Assembly (NCBI GenBank): GCA_035538515.1
Contig: DATLKF010000024.1
Span: 6,597 to 70,596 of the forward strand
Direction of reading: 5' to 3'
Length of the DNA stretch: 64,000 nucleotides
DNA from: Gemmatimonadales bacterium
GTDB taxonomy: Bacteria > Gemmatimonadota > Gemmatimonadetes > Gemmatimonadales > GWC2-71-9
This document shows positions 26,901 to 36,769 of this stretch, piece by piece; the stretch's first letter is position 1, and each line of letters begins with the position of its first letter. The notes under the pieces are model-generated. The model ran no database searches. It had not been told where the DNA came from and saw only the letters and a list, made by a program, of their open reading frames with translations. Made by a program: the position numbers and the translations under genes.

Positions 26901-28205
26901 ATGCGCCTCGCTTCCGTGCTACTCATCACACTCGCGCTTCCCGCGACCCTCCGGGCGCAGGGGTCCCGGGCGCCGGCGCCGCCGCCGGGGGCGCCAGTCC
27001 TCATCAAGGCGGGCCGGTTGATCGACGGCCGCGCCGACGGGGCGCTGTTGGGAGCGGCCATTCTCATCGACGGCGAGCGCATTAAGGCCGTCGGCCCGCT
27101 GGCGCAAGTGCAGGCGCAAGCGAAGAACGCTCGCGTGATCGACCTGTCACAGATGACGGTGCTCCCCGGGTTCATCGACGCGCATACCCATCTCTTACTG
27201 CAAGGCGACCCCACGGCGCAGTCGTACAACGAGCAGCTGCTGTACGAGTCGACGGCGTATCGCGCGATCCTCGCCGCCCGCAACGCGCGCATCGCGCTCG
27301 AGCACGGATTCACCACGATCCGAGACCTGGAAACCGAGGGCGCGATGTACGCCGACGTGGACGTCAAGCGGGCGGTGGACCGTGGTGAGATCGCTGGGCC
27401 GCGCATCTTCGCCTCCACCCGCGCCATGGCGCCCACCGGCATGTACCCGATCGTGTCCGACAATTGGGAGCTCGAGTTGCCGCACGGGGTGCAGCCGGTG
27501 GACGGCGTGGAGGGGGCGCGCCTCGCGGTGCGCCAGCAGGTGGCGCACGGCGCCGACTGGATCAAGTACTACTCGGACCGTCGCTACTACTTCACGCCGG
27601 ACTCGGTGCTGCATAGCTGGGTGAACTTCACGGACGACGAGGCGCGCGCGATCGTCGAGGAAGCGCACCGCCTTGGGCGCTCGGTGGCCGCCCACGCGAT
27701 CGGAGCGGACGGGATCGCGGCGGCGCTCCGCGCCGGCGTCAACACCATCGAGCACGGTGACGGCATGACGGACTCCCTGCTCGACGTCATGGCCTCGCGG
27801 GGGGTGTACTGGGTGCCCACGGTGACGGTGGCGCAGTACGTCGCTGGACCGCGCGGCGGCCCTTGGGTCCCGATGGTGGAGCATCAGCGTCGCGCGTTCG
27901 GCCGGGCGCTCAAGAAGGGCGTCCGGATCGCGTTAGGAACCGACGTAGGCGGGTTTCCCTGGACCGAGATCAACGAGGCGAAGGAGTTCGCGTACTACGT
28001 GCAGTACGGCATGACCGCGATGCAGGCGATCAAGGCGGGTACCTCGGTGGCCGCCGACCTCCTCGCGCAGCGGGACCTGGGCGTCGTGGCGCCTGGCGCC
28101 TACGCCGACCTGGTGGCGGTAGCGGGGGACCCCACGAAAGACATCGCGGAACTGGAGCGGGTGCGGTTCGTTATGAAGGGCGGTGTCACTTATGTTTCGC
28201 CATAG
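26901..28205 (+). CDS. secreted metal-dependent amidohydrolase (paralog of 565..1896)
   Basis: It has a signal peptide, LPGFIDAHTHL, AAHAIG, IEHGDG and LGTDVGG. GAGAGGAG lies upstream. Confidence 0.9.
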   Translation: MRLASVLLITLALPATLRAQGSRAPAPPPGAPVLIKAGRLIDGRADGALLGAAILIDGERIKAVGPLAQVQAQAKNARVIDLSQMTVLPGFIDAHTHLLLQGDPTAQSYNEQLLYESTAYRAILAARNARIALEHGFTTIRDLETEGAMYADVDVKRAVDRGEIAGPRIFASTRAMAPTGMYPIVSDNWELELPHGVQPVDGVEGARLAVRQQVAHGADWIKYYSDRRYYFTPDSVLHSWVNFTDDEARAIVEEAHRLGRSVAAHAIGADGIAAALRAGVNTIEHGDGMTDSLLDVMASRGVYWVPTVTVAQYVAGPRGGPWVPMVEHQRRAFGRALKKGVRIALGTDVGGFPWTEINEAKEFAYYVQYGMTAMQAIKAGTSVAADLLAQRDLGVVAPGAYADLVAVAGDPTKDIAELERVRFVMKGGVTYVSP

Positions 28206-30682
28206 TGTGGCGCGCGCTCGGAACTAGCTTCGCGTTGTTGATCGGCGCCGCCGGTTGGGCCGCCGGACAGTTCGCGCCGGCTGGCACCGGCGGCGTCGCG
28301 GCGTTGGCAGGAGCCCTGCAGCAGCTCGGCGCGAACAAGCGCATCCTGATGATCGGGGCCCACCCCGACGACGAGTACTCCGACCTCGTCGCCCTGTTCG
28401 CGCGGGGCATGGGCGCGCAGGTGGCCTATCTGTCGCTCAGCCGGGGCGAAGGGGGGCAGAACCTGATCGGCCCCGAGCTCGGCCCAGAGCTCGGGATCAT
28501 CCGCTCCGAGGAGCTGCTCGCGGCCCGGCGTATCGACGGCGCTCGTCAGTTCTTCGCCCGCGCGTACGATTTCGGCTACTCGAAGACGATCGACGAAGCG
28601 CTGCGCTTCTGGCCGCGCGATTCGCTGCTGCACGATGTGATCGACGTAATACGCCGTTTCCGCCCGCAGATCATCGTCGCCGTATTCTCCGGCACGCCGC
28701 GCGACGGTCACGGCCAGCATCAGGTGTCGGGCGTCCTCGCGCGTCAGGCCTTCGAGATGCTGCGCGACTCGAGCTGGGGACCCGTCAAGCTGTACCGCTC
28801 GCTGTACTTCGACACGGCATCCGCCACGCTGCGGCTCGATGCCGGCCGGCTCGATCCGGTGGAAGGCCGCTCCTATCATCAGATCGCGATGGAGGGCCGC
28901 AGCCGGCACCGCTCGCAGGACCAGGGACAGCTGGAGCGGCCAGGACCGAGCATCGCGCGGCTGGCGTTCATCGAATGGCGCGATCGCGGGCGCGGCGCGC
29001 GCGACGGAGATGAGGGGGGCGTCTTCGCGGGCGTCGACACACTGATTCCGGGCAAGACGCGCTACGCGTCCCTGATCGATTCGGCGCGCGCGCTGCTCAA
29101 CCCTCCTCGGCCCGATGCGATCGTTCCCGTGCTCGTCGGGGCGCTCCGTGAGCTGGGCGACGCCGATTCAGCGCAGCGAGCGACGCTGTCGGAGACGCTC
29201 GCCGCGTCGGCCGGCGTCGCGATCGACGGTGTCGCCGACGACGACATCGTGATTCCGGGCGAGCGGCTCCAGGTCGAAGCCACGGTCTGGAATGCCGGGG
29301 GTACGACCGTCACGCTGGACGAGATCGGCGTGACCGCGCCGGCGGGCTGGAAGGTCGAGCGCCTGGATCCCACCGCCTCACCCGTGACCCCCGGGACCGT
29401 CGCGACTCGCCGCTTCGCGGTCACCGTTGGTCCCGACGCCCCGCGCTCGCAGCCGTATTTCCTGCGCCGGCCCCTCGCCGGCGCGTTGTACGATTGGAGC
29501 GGCACTCCTCCCTCATGGCGCGGCTTGCCGTTCGAGCCGCCACCGCTCGAGATAACGGCGCGGCTCACGATCGCCGGGCAAGCGGTGACGCTGTCGCGTG
29601 AGGTTGTGTACCGCTATCGCGACGAGGCGATCGGCGAGGTGCGGCGCCCGCTGTTCGTGACCCAGCCGTTCGACGTGACGGTGACCCCGGAGTTGGTCGT
29701 GTGGCCGCTGGAGGGCGAAGGGGCGGGTCCCCGCCACTTCACCGTAACGGTGACCAATCGTACGCGTGGCCCCGCTGCTGCGCAGGTGGTGCTCACGCCG
29801 CCGCCCGGGTGGGCCCCGGTCTCCCCCGAGTCGCTCTCGTTCCAACGCGAGGACGAATCAAAGAGCCTGAGCGTCGCCGTGACGCTCCCGAAGGGAGCCA
29901 GGCCCGGGGTGTATCACCTCGGCGCCGCCGCGCTCTCCGGTGGCGGCCGCAGCGCCGGCGCGCTTGCGATCATCGACTACCCGCACATCCGGCCGCGGGC
30001 GGTCGCCCACGCCTCCTCGAGCGAGATCCGCGCGGCGCGCATCGGGTTGCCCACGTTGGCCCGCGTCGGCTACGTGCGGGGCGCGTCCGATCGCGTGCCC
30101 GAGGCCCTCCAGGCGGTCGGCGTGCCCCTCGAGCTACTCGGCCCCGATACGCTCGCTCGCGGCGATCTCATGAGGTACGACGCCATCGTGATCGGCAGCC
30201 GGGCGTATGAGACCGAGCCGGCGCTGGTGGCGAACAACGGGCGCCTGCTCGACTACGTGCGGGCGGGCGGCCTCGTGATCGTCCAATATCAGCAATACCC
30301 GTTCGTGAGCGGTGGCTTCGCCCCCTACCGGCTCTCGATCGCCCGCCCGCACGATCGCGTGACCGACGAGACCGCTCCCGTGACGGCGCTCGACGCCGCG
30401 AGTCCAGTCCTCCACGTCCCAAACGAAATCGGGCCCGACGACTGGCGAGGGTGGGTGCAGGAGCGCGGGCTCTACTTCGCCCACCAATGGGACTCGGCGT
30501 ACACGCCGCTGCTCGAGATGCACGATCCTGGCGATCCGGCCCTCCAGGGAGGCTTGCTCGTCGCCGCCGTGGGGAAGGGGACGTACGTCTACACGGGATT
30601 GAGCTTCTTCCGACAGCTGCCCGCGGGTGTCTCAGGCGCCTATCGGCTGTTTGCGAACCTGCTGGCGCTGGGGAAGAAATGA
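28205..30682 (+). CDS. large PIG-L/LmbE family deacetylase with C-terminal glutamine-amidotransferase-like domain
   Basis: ORF 27863..30682. A GTG at 28205 overlaps the preceding TAG by 1 nt. It has a signal-like N-terminus, IGAHPDDE and SRGEGGQN. The C-terminal segment YDAIVIGSRAYE...GGLVIVQYQQ is present. Confidence 0.8.
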   Translation: MWRALGTSFALLIGAAGWAAGQFAPAGTGGVAALAGALQQLGANKRILMIGAHPDDEYSDLVALFARGMGAQVAYLSLSRGEGGQNLIGPELGPELGIIRSEELLAARRIDGARQFFARAYDFGYSKTIDEALRFWPRDSLLHDVIDVIRRFRPQIIVAVFSGTPRDGHGQHQVSGVLARQAFEMLRDSSWGPVKLYRSLYFDTASATLRLDAGRLDPVEGRSYHQIAMEGRSRHRSQDQGQLERPGPSIARLAFIEWRDRGRGARDGDEGGVFAGVDTLIPGKTRYASLIDSARALLNPPRPDAIVPVLVGALRELGDADSAQRATLSETLAASAGVAIDGVADDDIVIPGERLQVEATVWNAGGTTVTLDEIGVTAPAGWKVERLDPTASPVTPGTVATRRFAVTVGPDAPRSQPYFLRRPLAGALYDWSGTPPSWRGLPFEPPPLEITARLTIAGQAVTLSREVVYRYRDEAIGEVRRPLFVTQPFDVTVTPELVVWPLEGEGAGPRHFTVTVTNRTRGPAAAQVVLTPPPGWAPVSPESLSFQREDESKSLSVAVTLPKGARPGVYHLGAAALSGGGRSAGALAIIDYPHIRPRAVAHASSSEIRAARIGLPTLARVGYVRGASDRVPEALQAVGVPLELLGPDTLARGDLMRYDAIVIGSRAYETEPALVANNGRLLDYVRAGGLVIVQYQQYPFVSGGFAPYRLSIARPHDRVTDETAPVTALDAASPVLHVPNEIGPDDWRGWVQERGLYFAHQWDSAYTPLLEMHDPGDPALQGGLLVAAVGKGTYVYTGLSFFRQLPAGVSGAYRLFANLLALGKK

Positions 30683-30779
30683 AACGCGGAAGTGCGGAAT
30701 GCGGAACAGCAAGGCAGCCCTCGCGGAGCAGATTGCCTTTCACGGCTGTTCCGCGTTCCGACTTTCGCGTTCCGCGTTT
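30682..30779. repeat. mirror array D: 3 x GCGGAA units / 4 x TTCCGC-type units around an internal hairpin; probable bidirectional terminator
   Basis: AAACGCGGAA (30682-30691) pairs with TTCCGCGTTT (30770-30779). GCGGAACAGC (30701-30710) pairs with GCTGTTCCGC (30745-30754). AAGGCA (30711-30716) pairs with TGCCTT (30734-30739). GCGGAA units start at 30686, 30694 and 30701. Inverted units are at 30749, 30756, 30764 and 30770. The right arm lies inside the last 12 codons of the symporter. Confidence 0.85.
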
Positions 30780-32443
30780 GTCTTGAGCGCGCTCAGCACC
30801 AACCCGACCGCCACGACTGTCACCGCTCCGATCACGTTATGCCACAGCCACGAGACCGCCGGCGCCCCGAAGTTCACGGCACCCACGGTGACCATCCCCG
30901 CGATCAGACCGAGGAAGGCGCCGGTCGCTCGCGCCCGCGGGATCATGGCCAGGAGAAAAACGCCGAGGATGGAGCCATAGAAAAACGAGCCGAAGCGGTT
31001 CACCACGACGATCAGGGAACCCAGCGTCGCGGCGAACGTGGCCACTCCGCAGGCAAAGAGGCCCCAGCATCCGGTAGCGACCTTCGACATCAGGAGGTAG
31101 TGCGCGGCAGGTGCCTCGGGCCGGACCCAGCGCCGGTAGAAGTCGATCACGGTGACGGTGGCCAGCGAATTCAGCTCGCCCGCGCTGGCGGACATCGCGG
31201 CGGCCAGCACCGCGGCGACGAAGATTCCGGCGAGGCCCACGGGCAAGAAGTGCAACACGTAATACGGGATCACGAAGTTCACGTCCCGCGCGGTCGTTCC
31301 CGTCACGCGGCGCGCCAACCCCAGCGCCTCTTCTCGCAGCGTGCCCACGTCCGCCTGGCGGGCCTTGAACGCTTCCAACGAGGCGACCGATGCGTTGCCG
31401 TCCCCCCGTTCGCGCGCGACCGCTACCGCGTGCGCCGCGGTCTCGCGGGCTTGGAGCGCCATGCGGTACCGCGCGTCGAGGTCTCCGTACATCGCGGGCT
31501 GGGTCGCACGAACGGCTTGCTCTTCCACGGGGTTGAACAGCAAGGGTGGTTCTTGAAATACAAAGAAGACGGACACCAGGACGCCGGTGAGGAGCACCAG
31601 TGCCTGGAGCGGAATCTTCCAGTAAGCGCTGATCAAGAGCGAGCTCCGCGCCTGGCCTACGGATTTGGCGGTGATGTACCGCTGCACCTGGCTCTGGTCC
31701 GTCCCGAAATACGACAGCATGAGGAACGTGCCGCCGATCAGGCCGGACCAGAAGGTGAAATCGTTGGTCACGTCGAACGAGAAATCGAAGGCGCGGAGTC
31801 GGCCCGCTGCGCCCGCCAGGGCCAGCGCGTGGCCGGGGGCGACCGGGAGCTGCATCAGCAGGGTCACCACCACCGCGATCAGGGCGAAGACGATGAGCCC
31901 CATTTGCTTGACGTCCACCCACGTGACCGCCTGCACCCCGCCGATCATCGTGTAGGTCACGGTGGGAATGCCAATCAGGGCCACCGACCACACCAAATTC
32001 CAACCGAAGATCGCGGAAAACACCACGGCTGGCGCGGCGATGATGGTGCCGCACGACATCCCGCGCGCTACCAGAAAGAGGAGGCTGGTCAGGGATCGGG
32101 TACGCGCGTCGAACCGCCGCTCCAGGTACTCGTACGCCGTGAACACCTTCGCGCCGTGGAGGAACGGGACCAGCGTCACGCCCAGGAGGACCATGGCCAG
32201 CGGGAGGCCGAAGTAGAACTGCACGAAGCGCATGCCGTCGGTCGCCCCCTGCCCGGTCGTACCGATGAGCGTGATGGCGGAGAGCTGCGTGGCCATGACC
32301 GAGAGGCCCACTGCCCACCACGGGAGACTCCGGTTGGCCAGGAAGTAGCCCTCGATCTCCCGCGTGCCCTTGGCTCGACGCACGCCGTCCACGAGCACGT
32401 ACACCAGGTAGACGGCGATGATGACCCAGTCTAGCGCGCGCAC
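30740..32443 (-). CDS. sodium:solute symporter (SSS) family transporter
   Basis: A polytopic 567-aa protein. The N-terminus WVIIAVYLVYVLVDGVRRAKGTREIEGYFLANRSLPWW is typical of the SSS family. Confidence 0.88.
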   Translation of the reverse strand: MRALDWVIIAVYLVYVLVDGVRRAKGTREIEGYFLANRSLPWWAVGLSVMATQLSAITLIGTTGQGATDGMRFVQFYFGLPLAMVLLGVTLVPFLHGAKVFTAYEYLERRFDARTRSLTSLLFLVARGMSCGTIIAAPAVVFSAIFGWNLVWSVALIGIPTVTYTMIGGVQAVTWVDVKQMGLIVFALIAVVVTLLMQLPVAPGHALALAGAAGRLRAFDFSFDVTNDFTFWSGLIGGTFLMLSYFGTDQSQVQRYITAKSVGQARSSLLISAYWKIPLQALVLLTGVLVSVFFVFQEPPLLFNPVEEQAVRATQPAMYGDLDARYRMALQARETAAHAVAVARERGDGNASVASLEAFKARQADVGTLREEALGLARRVTGTTARDVNFVIPYYVLHFLPVGLAGIFVAAVLAAAMSASAGELNSLATVTVIDFYRRWVRPEAPAAHYLLMSKVATGCWGLFACGVATFAATLGSLIVVVNRFGSFFYGSILGVFLLAMIPRARATGAFLGLIAGMVTVGAVNFGAPAVSWLWHNVIGAVTVVAVGLVLSALKTNAERESRNAEQP

Positions 32444-32453
32444 GCCGGGGACG

Positions 32454-32579
32454 TCATCGGGTGTAGTGGGTCTGGAGTAGCCACAGCAACAGCAGCGTCG
32501 CCACCTGCACCGCCAGCACGCGAATCAGCGTTCGGCGAAACAGGCCGGAGGCGGCGGCGGGTGATGGGGTGTCGGACAT
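32454..32579 (-). CDS. candidate 41-aa single-TM small protein upstream of the SSS symporter
   Basis: It is not in the ORF track because it is under 60 aa. The sequence is ATG at 32579 ... TGA at 32454, translating to MSDTPSPAAASGLFRRTLIRVLAVQVATLLLLWLLQTHYTR. It ends 10 nt before the symporter GTG. Confidence 0.4.
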   Translation of the reverse strand: MSDTPSPAAASGLFRRTLIRVLAVQVATLLLLWLLQTHYTR

Positions 32580-32646
32580 AGCGGGTGGCAAGAAGATTAG
32601 AGGAGGATAAGCGAGGTGACCAGGCTATGACACGCGAGCTCCAGCG

Positions 32647-33849
32647 ATGAAGCGGATGTCGGTCCTCATGGCGGTTGCCTTCGTGGACATGATCGGCCTC
32701 ATGATGGTCATCCCTTTGCTTCCGCTGTACGCCCAGCGGATGCAGGCGAGCCCCTCCGTGATCGGGGTGCTCGCGGCGTCGTTTCCGATCGCGCAGCTCG
32801 CTTCCTCCCCCGTGTGGGGGCGTGTGTCCGACCGCTACGGGCGCCGGCCAGCGCTCCTGGTCGGGCTCACTGCTTCAGCGATCGCCTACGTCATCTTCGG
32901 ATTCGCCGCCTCGCTGTGGCAGCTGTTCGTGTCGCGGTTCGTCCAGGGACTGGGAGGAGGAACCACGGGCGTCGCGCAAGCGTACGTGGCCGACACGATG
33001 GCGCCGCATGAGCGCGCCAAGGCGCTGGGGTGGTTGTCGGCGGCGACCAGCGCGGGGGTGATCGTCGGGCCGGCCGTCGGCTCGTTCGCCGCCCGCTGGG
33101 GAGAGACCGCTCCCGGTCTCGTGGCGGCGGCGCTGTGCGTGGTCAACGTGGTGTTCGCGTGGCGGTGGCTTCCCGAGTCGCGCCTGATCGACCGCGGGAG
33201 CACGACAGCCAGCGGGAGATTTGTCCCCCCCCGCCAGCCGCGTCCGGTCTTGCACGCCCTCTGGGACGTCATCTGGCATCCCGGTCGGCCGGTGGCGTAC
33301 GTGATCTGGATCTACGTAATCGCGATGCTCGCCTACAATTCGACGCCGCCCATCTTTTCTTTGTATCTCGCGTGGCGGTTCGGCATCACCACGCAGAACA
33401 TCGGGTGGTTCTTCGTGATGTTCGGCGCCGTGGGCGTCGTAATGCGTGCGTTCGTCGTCGGACCGATCAACGACCGGCTGGGCGAGGTCCGCACCATGTG
33501 GCTCGGCGCGGTGCTATACGGTGTCGGCTACGGGCTGCTCCCGCTGGCGCGCTCGGTGCCCGTGTTCCTGGCATTCCAGGTCCTGCTGCCGCTCGGCACG
33601 GCGCTCTTCTTTCCGGCGAACTCCGCCCTGGTCAGCCACCGGGCCGAACGGCACGAGTATGGGCTCATGCTCGGCGTGCAGCAGGCCTTACGAGGCGTCG
33701 CCAGCGTGATCGCGCCCATCTGGGCGGGGATTGCCTATCAGCACCTCGGTCCTGCGGTTCCCTTCTTCGCGTGCTCGGTGATCATCGCGCTCGCCCTGGT
33801 ACTCGCGATGCGCGTACGGGTCGAAGGAGCGGTGACGGCTACGGCGTAG
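32647..33849 (+). CDS. MFS transporter
   Basis: A 12-TM-like profile with motif A, GRVSDRYGRRPALL. Confidence 0.88.
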   Translation: MKRMSVLMAVAFVDMIGLMMVIPLLPLYAQRMQASPSVIGVLAASFPIAQLASSPVWGRVSDRYGRRPALLVGLTASAIAYVIFGFAASLWQLFVSRFVQGLGGGTTGVAQAYVADTMAPHERAKALGWLSAATSAGVIVGPAVGSFAARWGETAPGLVAAALCVVNVVFAWRWLPESRLIDRGSTTASGRFVPPRQPRPVLHALWDVIWHPGRPVAYVIWIYVIAMLAYNSTPPIFSLYLAWRFGITTQNIGWFFVMFGAVGVVMRAFVVGPINDRLGEVRTMWLGAVLYGVGYGLLPLARSVPVFLAFQVLLPLGTALFFPANSALVSHRAERHEYGLMLGVQQALRGVASVIAPIWAGIAYQHLGPAVPFFACSVIIALALVLAMRVRVEGAVTATA

Positions 33850-33875
33850 CAGGCGTTGCGTGTATTTTGGGTGGC

Positions 33876-35441
33876 ATGATTCGCGCGCTACTCTGGCTGG
33901 TCCCAGGGCTGGCACTCGCGCCGGCCCCGACGTCCCGACCCCGCCTCGTCGTCGTCATCGTCGTCGATCAGCTCCGGCCCGACTACTTGGATCGCTACCG
34001 GCCGCAGCTCCAGGGCGGTTTTCCGATGCTCTTGAAACAAGGCGCGTCGTTCACCGAGGCGTACCAGGACCATGCGGTCACCGAGACGGCGCCTGGGCAT
34101 GCCAGCATTTTGTCCGGACGGTGGCCCGCGCACACGGGGATCATCAGCAACGTCTCGGGGGTGGTGGACTCGACCACGCCGCTCATTGGGTTCCCGGGCC
34201 CCGGCGCGTCGCCCGCCCGCTTCCAGGGCACGACGTTTTTCGATTGGCTCAAGGCCGCACAGCCGGAAGCACGCGCTCTTTCGGTGTCGCGCAAGGATCG
34301 GGGAGCGATTCTCCCCATCGGCCGAGCGCGGCAATCGGTCTACTGGTACGAGTCGGGGTATTTCACGACCAGCCGTTACTACGCCGACTCGCTGCCCCTG
34401 TGGGTGCGGGCGTTCAACGCGCGCCGGGCGCCGTTTCGCGCGGCCGGTGCGATCTGGAACTTGCTCCTTCCCGCGCGGGATTATCCCGAGCCCGACAGCG
34501 TCCCGTACGAGAACGGCGGAGCGAACTTCACGTTCCCGCATCGGCTGCCAACCGATAGCTCGCAGGCGGCCGTCGCGCTCGCCGGCGTCCCCAGCATGGA
34601 CTCACTGACGCTCGCTTTCGCGCTGGAGGGTGTGCGGGCGTTGCAGCTCGGCGGTCGTGGGGCGACCGACCTGTTGTCCGTGAGCCTCTCGACCACCGAT
34701 GCCGTGGGCCATGCCTTTGGACCCGATTCGCGGGAGATCCACGATCAGGTGGTGCGGCTCGATCGCTATCTCGGGTGGTTCCTGCAGCAGCTGTTCGTCC
34801 GCTATGGTAAGGACAACGTCCTGGTAGCGCTCACCTCCGATCACGGCGTCACGCCGTTCCCCGAGCGTTCGCGTGCTCTCGGCCACAGCCGCGCGGTACG
34901 GGTGATTCCCGACAGCGTGATCGCCAATGTGAATGCGGCGCTGGACCAGCGCGTCCGCGGCGCGGACTGGGTGCAGTTCGAGACCGGCATGGTCCTGCTT
35001 CCCGCGCGGGCCCAGCTCGCGGCGGAGGGCGTCAACGTGGACAGCGTGATAACGGACGTCGCGGCGCGGTTGCGGGTGCTGCCCGGCGTCGCCCGCGTGG
35101 ACCGGCCCCGCGACCTTGCCGCCGCAGATGCGACCGAGCCGGTGGTGCGGCGTTGGGTGCATCAGGTGCCGCCGGGCGGCGACGTGGAGCTGGTCGTGAC
35201 GCTCACGCCGTATTCGATTTGGGGCGTCCCGAACCTCCCCATCGCAATGCACGGTCAACCCACGGACCTGGACGCCCACGTGCCCCTCATCCTTTGGGGG
35301 GAGGGGGTCCGCCACGGCGTGTACGACCGCCGCGTGAGCACGGTGGACATCGCGCCGACGCTCGCCCGATTGCTTGAGCTGACGCCTGCCGAGCGGTTGG
35401 ACGGACGCCCGTTGACGGAAGCGCTCGAAGCAGAGCGCTGA
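33876..35441 (+). CDS. alkaline phosphatase superfamily protein (type I phosphodiesterase/nucleotide pyrophosphatase)
   Basis: This is the internal ATG (MIRALLWLVPGLALA) of ORF 33030..35441. It contains VVDQLRPDYL, the TETAPGHASILSG nucleophile region and LTSDHGV. Confidence 0.85.
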   Translation: MIRALLWLVPGLALAPAPTSRPRLVVVIVVDQLRPDYLDRYRPQLQGGFPMLLKQGASFTEAYQDHAVTETAPGHASILSGRWPAHTGIISNVSGVVDSTTPLIGFPGPGASPARFQGTTFFDWLKAAQPEARALSVSRKDRGAILPIGRARQSVYWYESGYFTTSRYYADSLPLWVRAFNARRAPFRAAGAIWNLLLPARDYPEPDSVPYENGGANFTFPHRLPTDSSQAAVALAGVPSMDSLTLAFALEGVRALQLGGRGATDLLSVSLSTTDAVGHAFGPDSREIHDQVVRLDRYLGWFLQQLFVRYGKDNVLVALTSDHGVTPFPERSRALGHSRAVRVIPDSVIANVNAALDQRVRGADWVQFETGMVLLPARAQLAAEGVNVDSVITDVAARLRVLPGVARVDRPRDLAAADATEPVVRRWVHQVPPGGDVELVVTLTPYSIWGVPNLPIAMHGQPTDLDAHVPLILWGEGVRHGVYDRRVSTVDIAPTLARLLELTPAERLDGRPLTEALEAER

Positions 35442-35450
35442 GGTCCCGAC

Positions 35451-35828
35451 ATGGCGCAACCCAAGCTCACGGCCGAGCAGGTCCGGCGGATCGAGGAGAT
35501 CGGGGAGTTCCAGCGGGCTGCCGATCATCTGAAGCGGCTCGTCTCGGAGCTTGACTCGAATCGTGCCGGACACACGCGCACGATTCAACAGCTGAGCGAA
35601 AGAATCGGGAGGGAGGCGTCCGAGATGCGGCAGCGGGCGCTCACCTCGAACATCGGGACCATCGCCGACGTGGCGGGGTCGATGTCGGTCATGGCCGGGC
35701 GCGGCGGTGGGATCCAGATGAAGATCCGTGCACTCGCCGACGCCGTGAACAGCCTGCACATGCAGCTCGACGCCGCGCTGAAGCACGCCAAGACGCCGGT
35801 TCCCCCAGAGCAAAAGAAACCCAGCTGA
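35451..35828 (+). CDS. hypothetical coiled-coil protein
   Basis: A 125-aa helical, charged protein with no recognised motif. It lies immediately upstream of the ABC-2 exporter genes. Confidence 0.5.
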   Translation: MAQPKLTAEQVRRIEEIGEFQRAADHLKRLVSELDSNRAGHTRTIQQLSERIGREASEMRQRALTSNIGTIADVAGSMSVMAGRGGGIQMKIRALADAVNSLHMQLDAALKHAKTPVPPEQKKPS

Positions 35829-35830
35829 CG

Positions 35831-36769
35831 GTGCCCGCGATTCACTGCAGCGGCCTCGTGAAGCGGTACGCCGATGTCGTGGCGGTCGCCGGGCTCGACC
35901 TCGGCGTGAGCCAGGGTGAGTGCTTCGGCTTGCTGGGGCCGAACGGCGCTGGGAAGACGACCACGATCGAAATCCTCGAGGGACTCACCGCGCCCGACGC
36001 TGGCGACGTGGAGGTGCTGGGGATGCGTTGGACCGCCGGCCCCGCCCAAGCGCGGCTCCTGCGAGAGCGCCTGGGCGTCCAGCTGCAGGAGACCCAGCTC
36101 GCCGACAAGCTCACCGTGGAGGAGACGGTGCGCCTATTCCGGAGCTTCTACCGCGCCTCGCACTCCGTCGACGAGGTGCTGGCGCTCGTCGAGCTCGAGG
36201 AGAAGCGCACGGCCTGGGTCGGGAAGCTGTCGGGCGGCCAGAAACAGCGCCTGTCGGTAGCCTGCGCCCTCGTCTCACGGCCGGAGCTGTTGTTCCTCGA
36301 CGAGCCCACGACGGGGCTCGACCCGCAATCCCGCCGTCAGCTGTGGGACGTCATCGGGCGGTTCCGCGCCGCCGGGGGCACGGTGCTGCTCACGACCCAT
36401 TACATGGAAGAAGCGGAGCGGTTGTGCGACCGCGTCGCGATCATGGACCACGGCCGGATCATCGCCCTCGGGACGCCCCGCTCCTTGATCGCTTCGCTCG
36501 GGGCTGAGCACGTGGTGGAGTTCGCGCTGACGGACGGCGCCACGCGAGCGCCCGGCGCCGACGAGCTGGCGGCCCTCCCAGGGGTGCGAGCTGTGCGCCC
36601 GGGCGTCGACCGCACCGCGCTCACCGTCGCCGAGGTGCATCGCGCCGTGCCAGCGCTGCTCGCGCTGTTGGAGCGGCGCGGCGCAGAGCTGTCGCTGCTC
36701 GCCACGCATCACGCCACGCTGGAGGACGTCTTCGTGGCGCTCACCGGGCGACAATTGCGCGATGCGTGA
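35831..36769 (+). CDS. ABC transporter ATP-binding protein (ABC-2 type exporter)
   Basis: Walker A GPNGAGKTT, signature LSGGQKQRL and Walker B LFLDEPT. Confidence 0.92.
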   Translation: MPAIHCSGLVKRYADVVAVAGLDLGVSQGECFGLLGPNGAGKTTTIEILEGLTAPDAGDVEVLGMRWTAGPAQARLLRERLGVQLQETQLADKLTVEETVRLFRSFYRASHSVDEVLALVELEEKRTAWVGKLSGGQKQRLSVACALVSRPELLFLDEPTTGLDPQSRRQLWDVIGRFRAAGGTVLLTTHYMEEAERLCDRVAIMDHGRIIALGTPRSLIASLGAEHVVEFALTDGATRAPGADELAALPGVRAVRPGVDRTALTVAEVHRAVPALLALLERRGAELSLLATHHATLEDVFVALTGRQLRDA

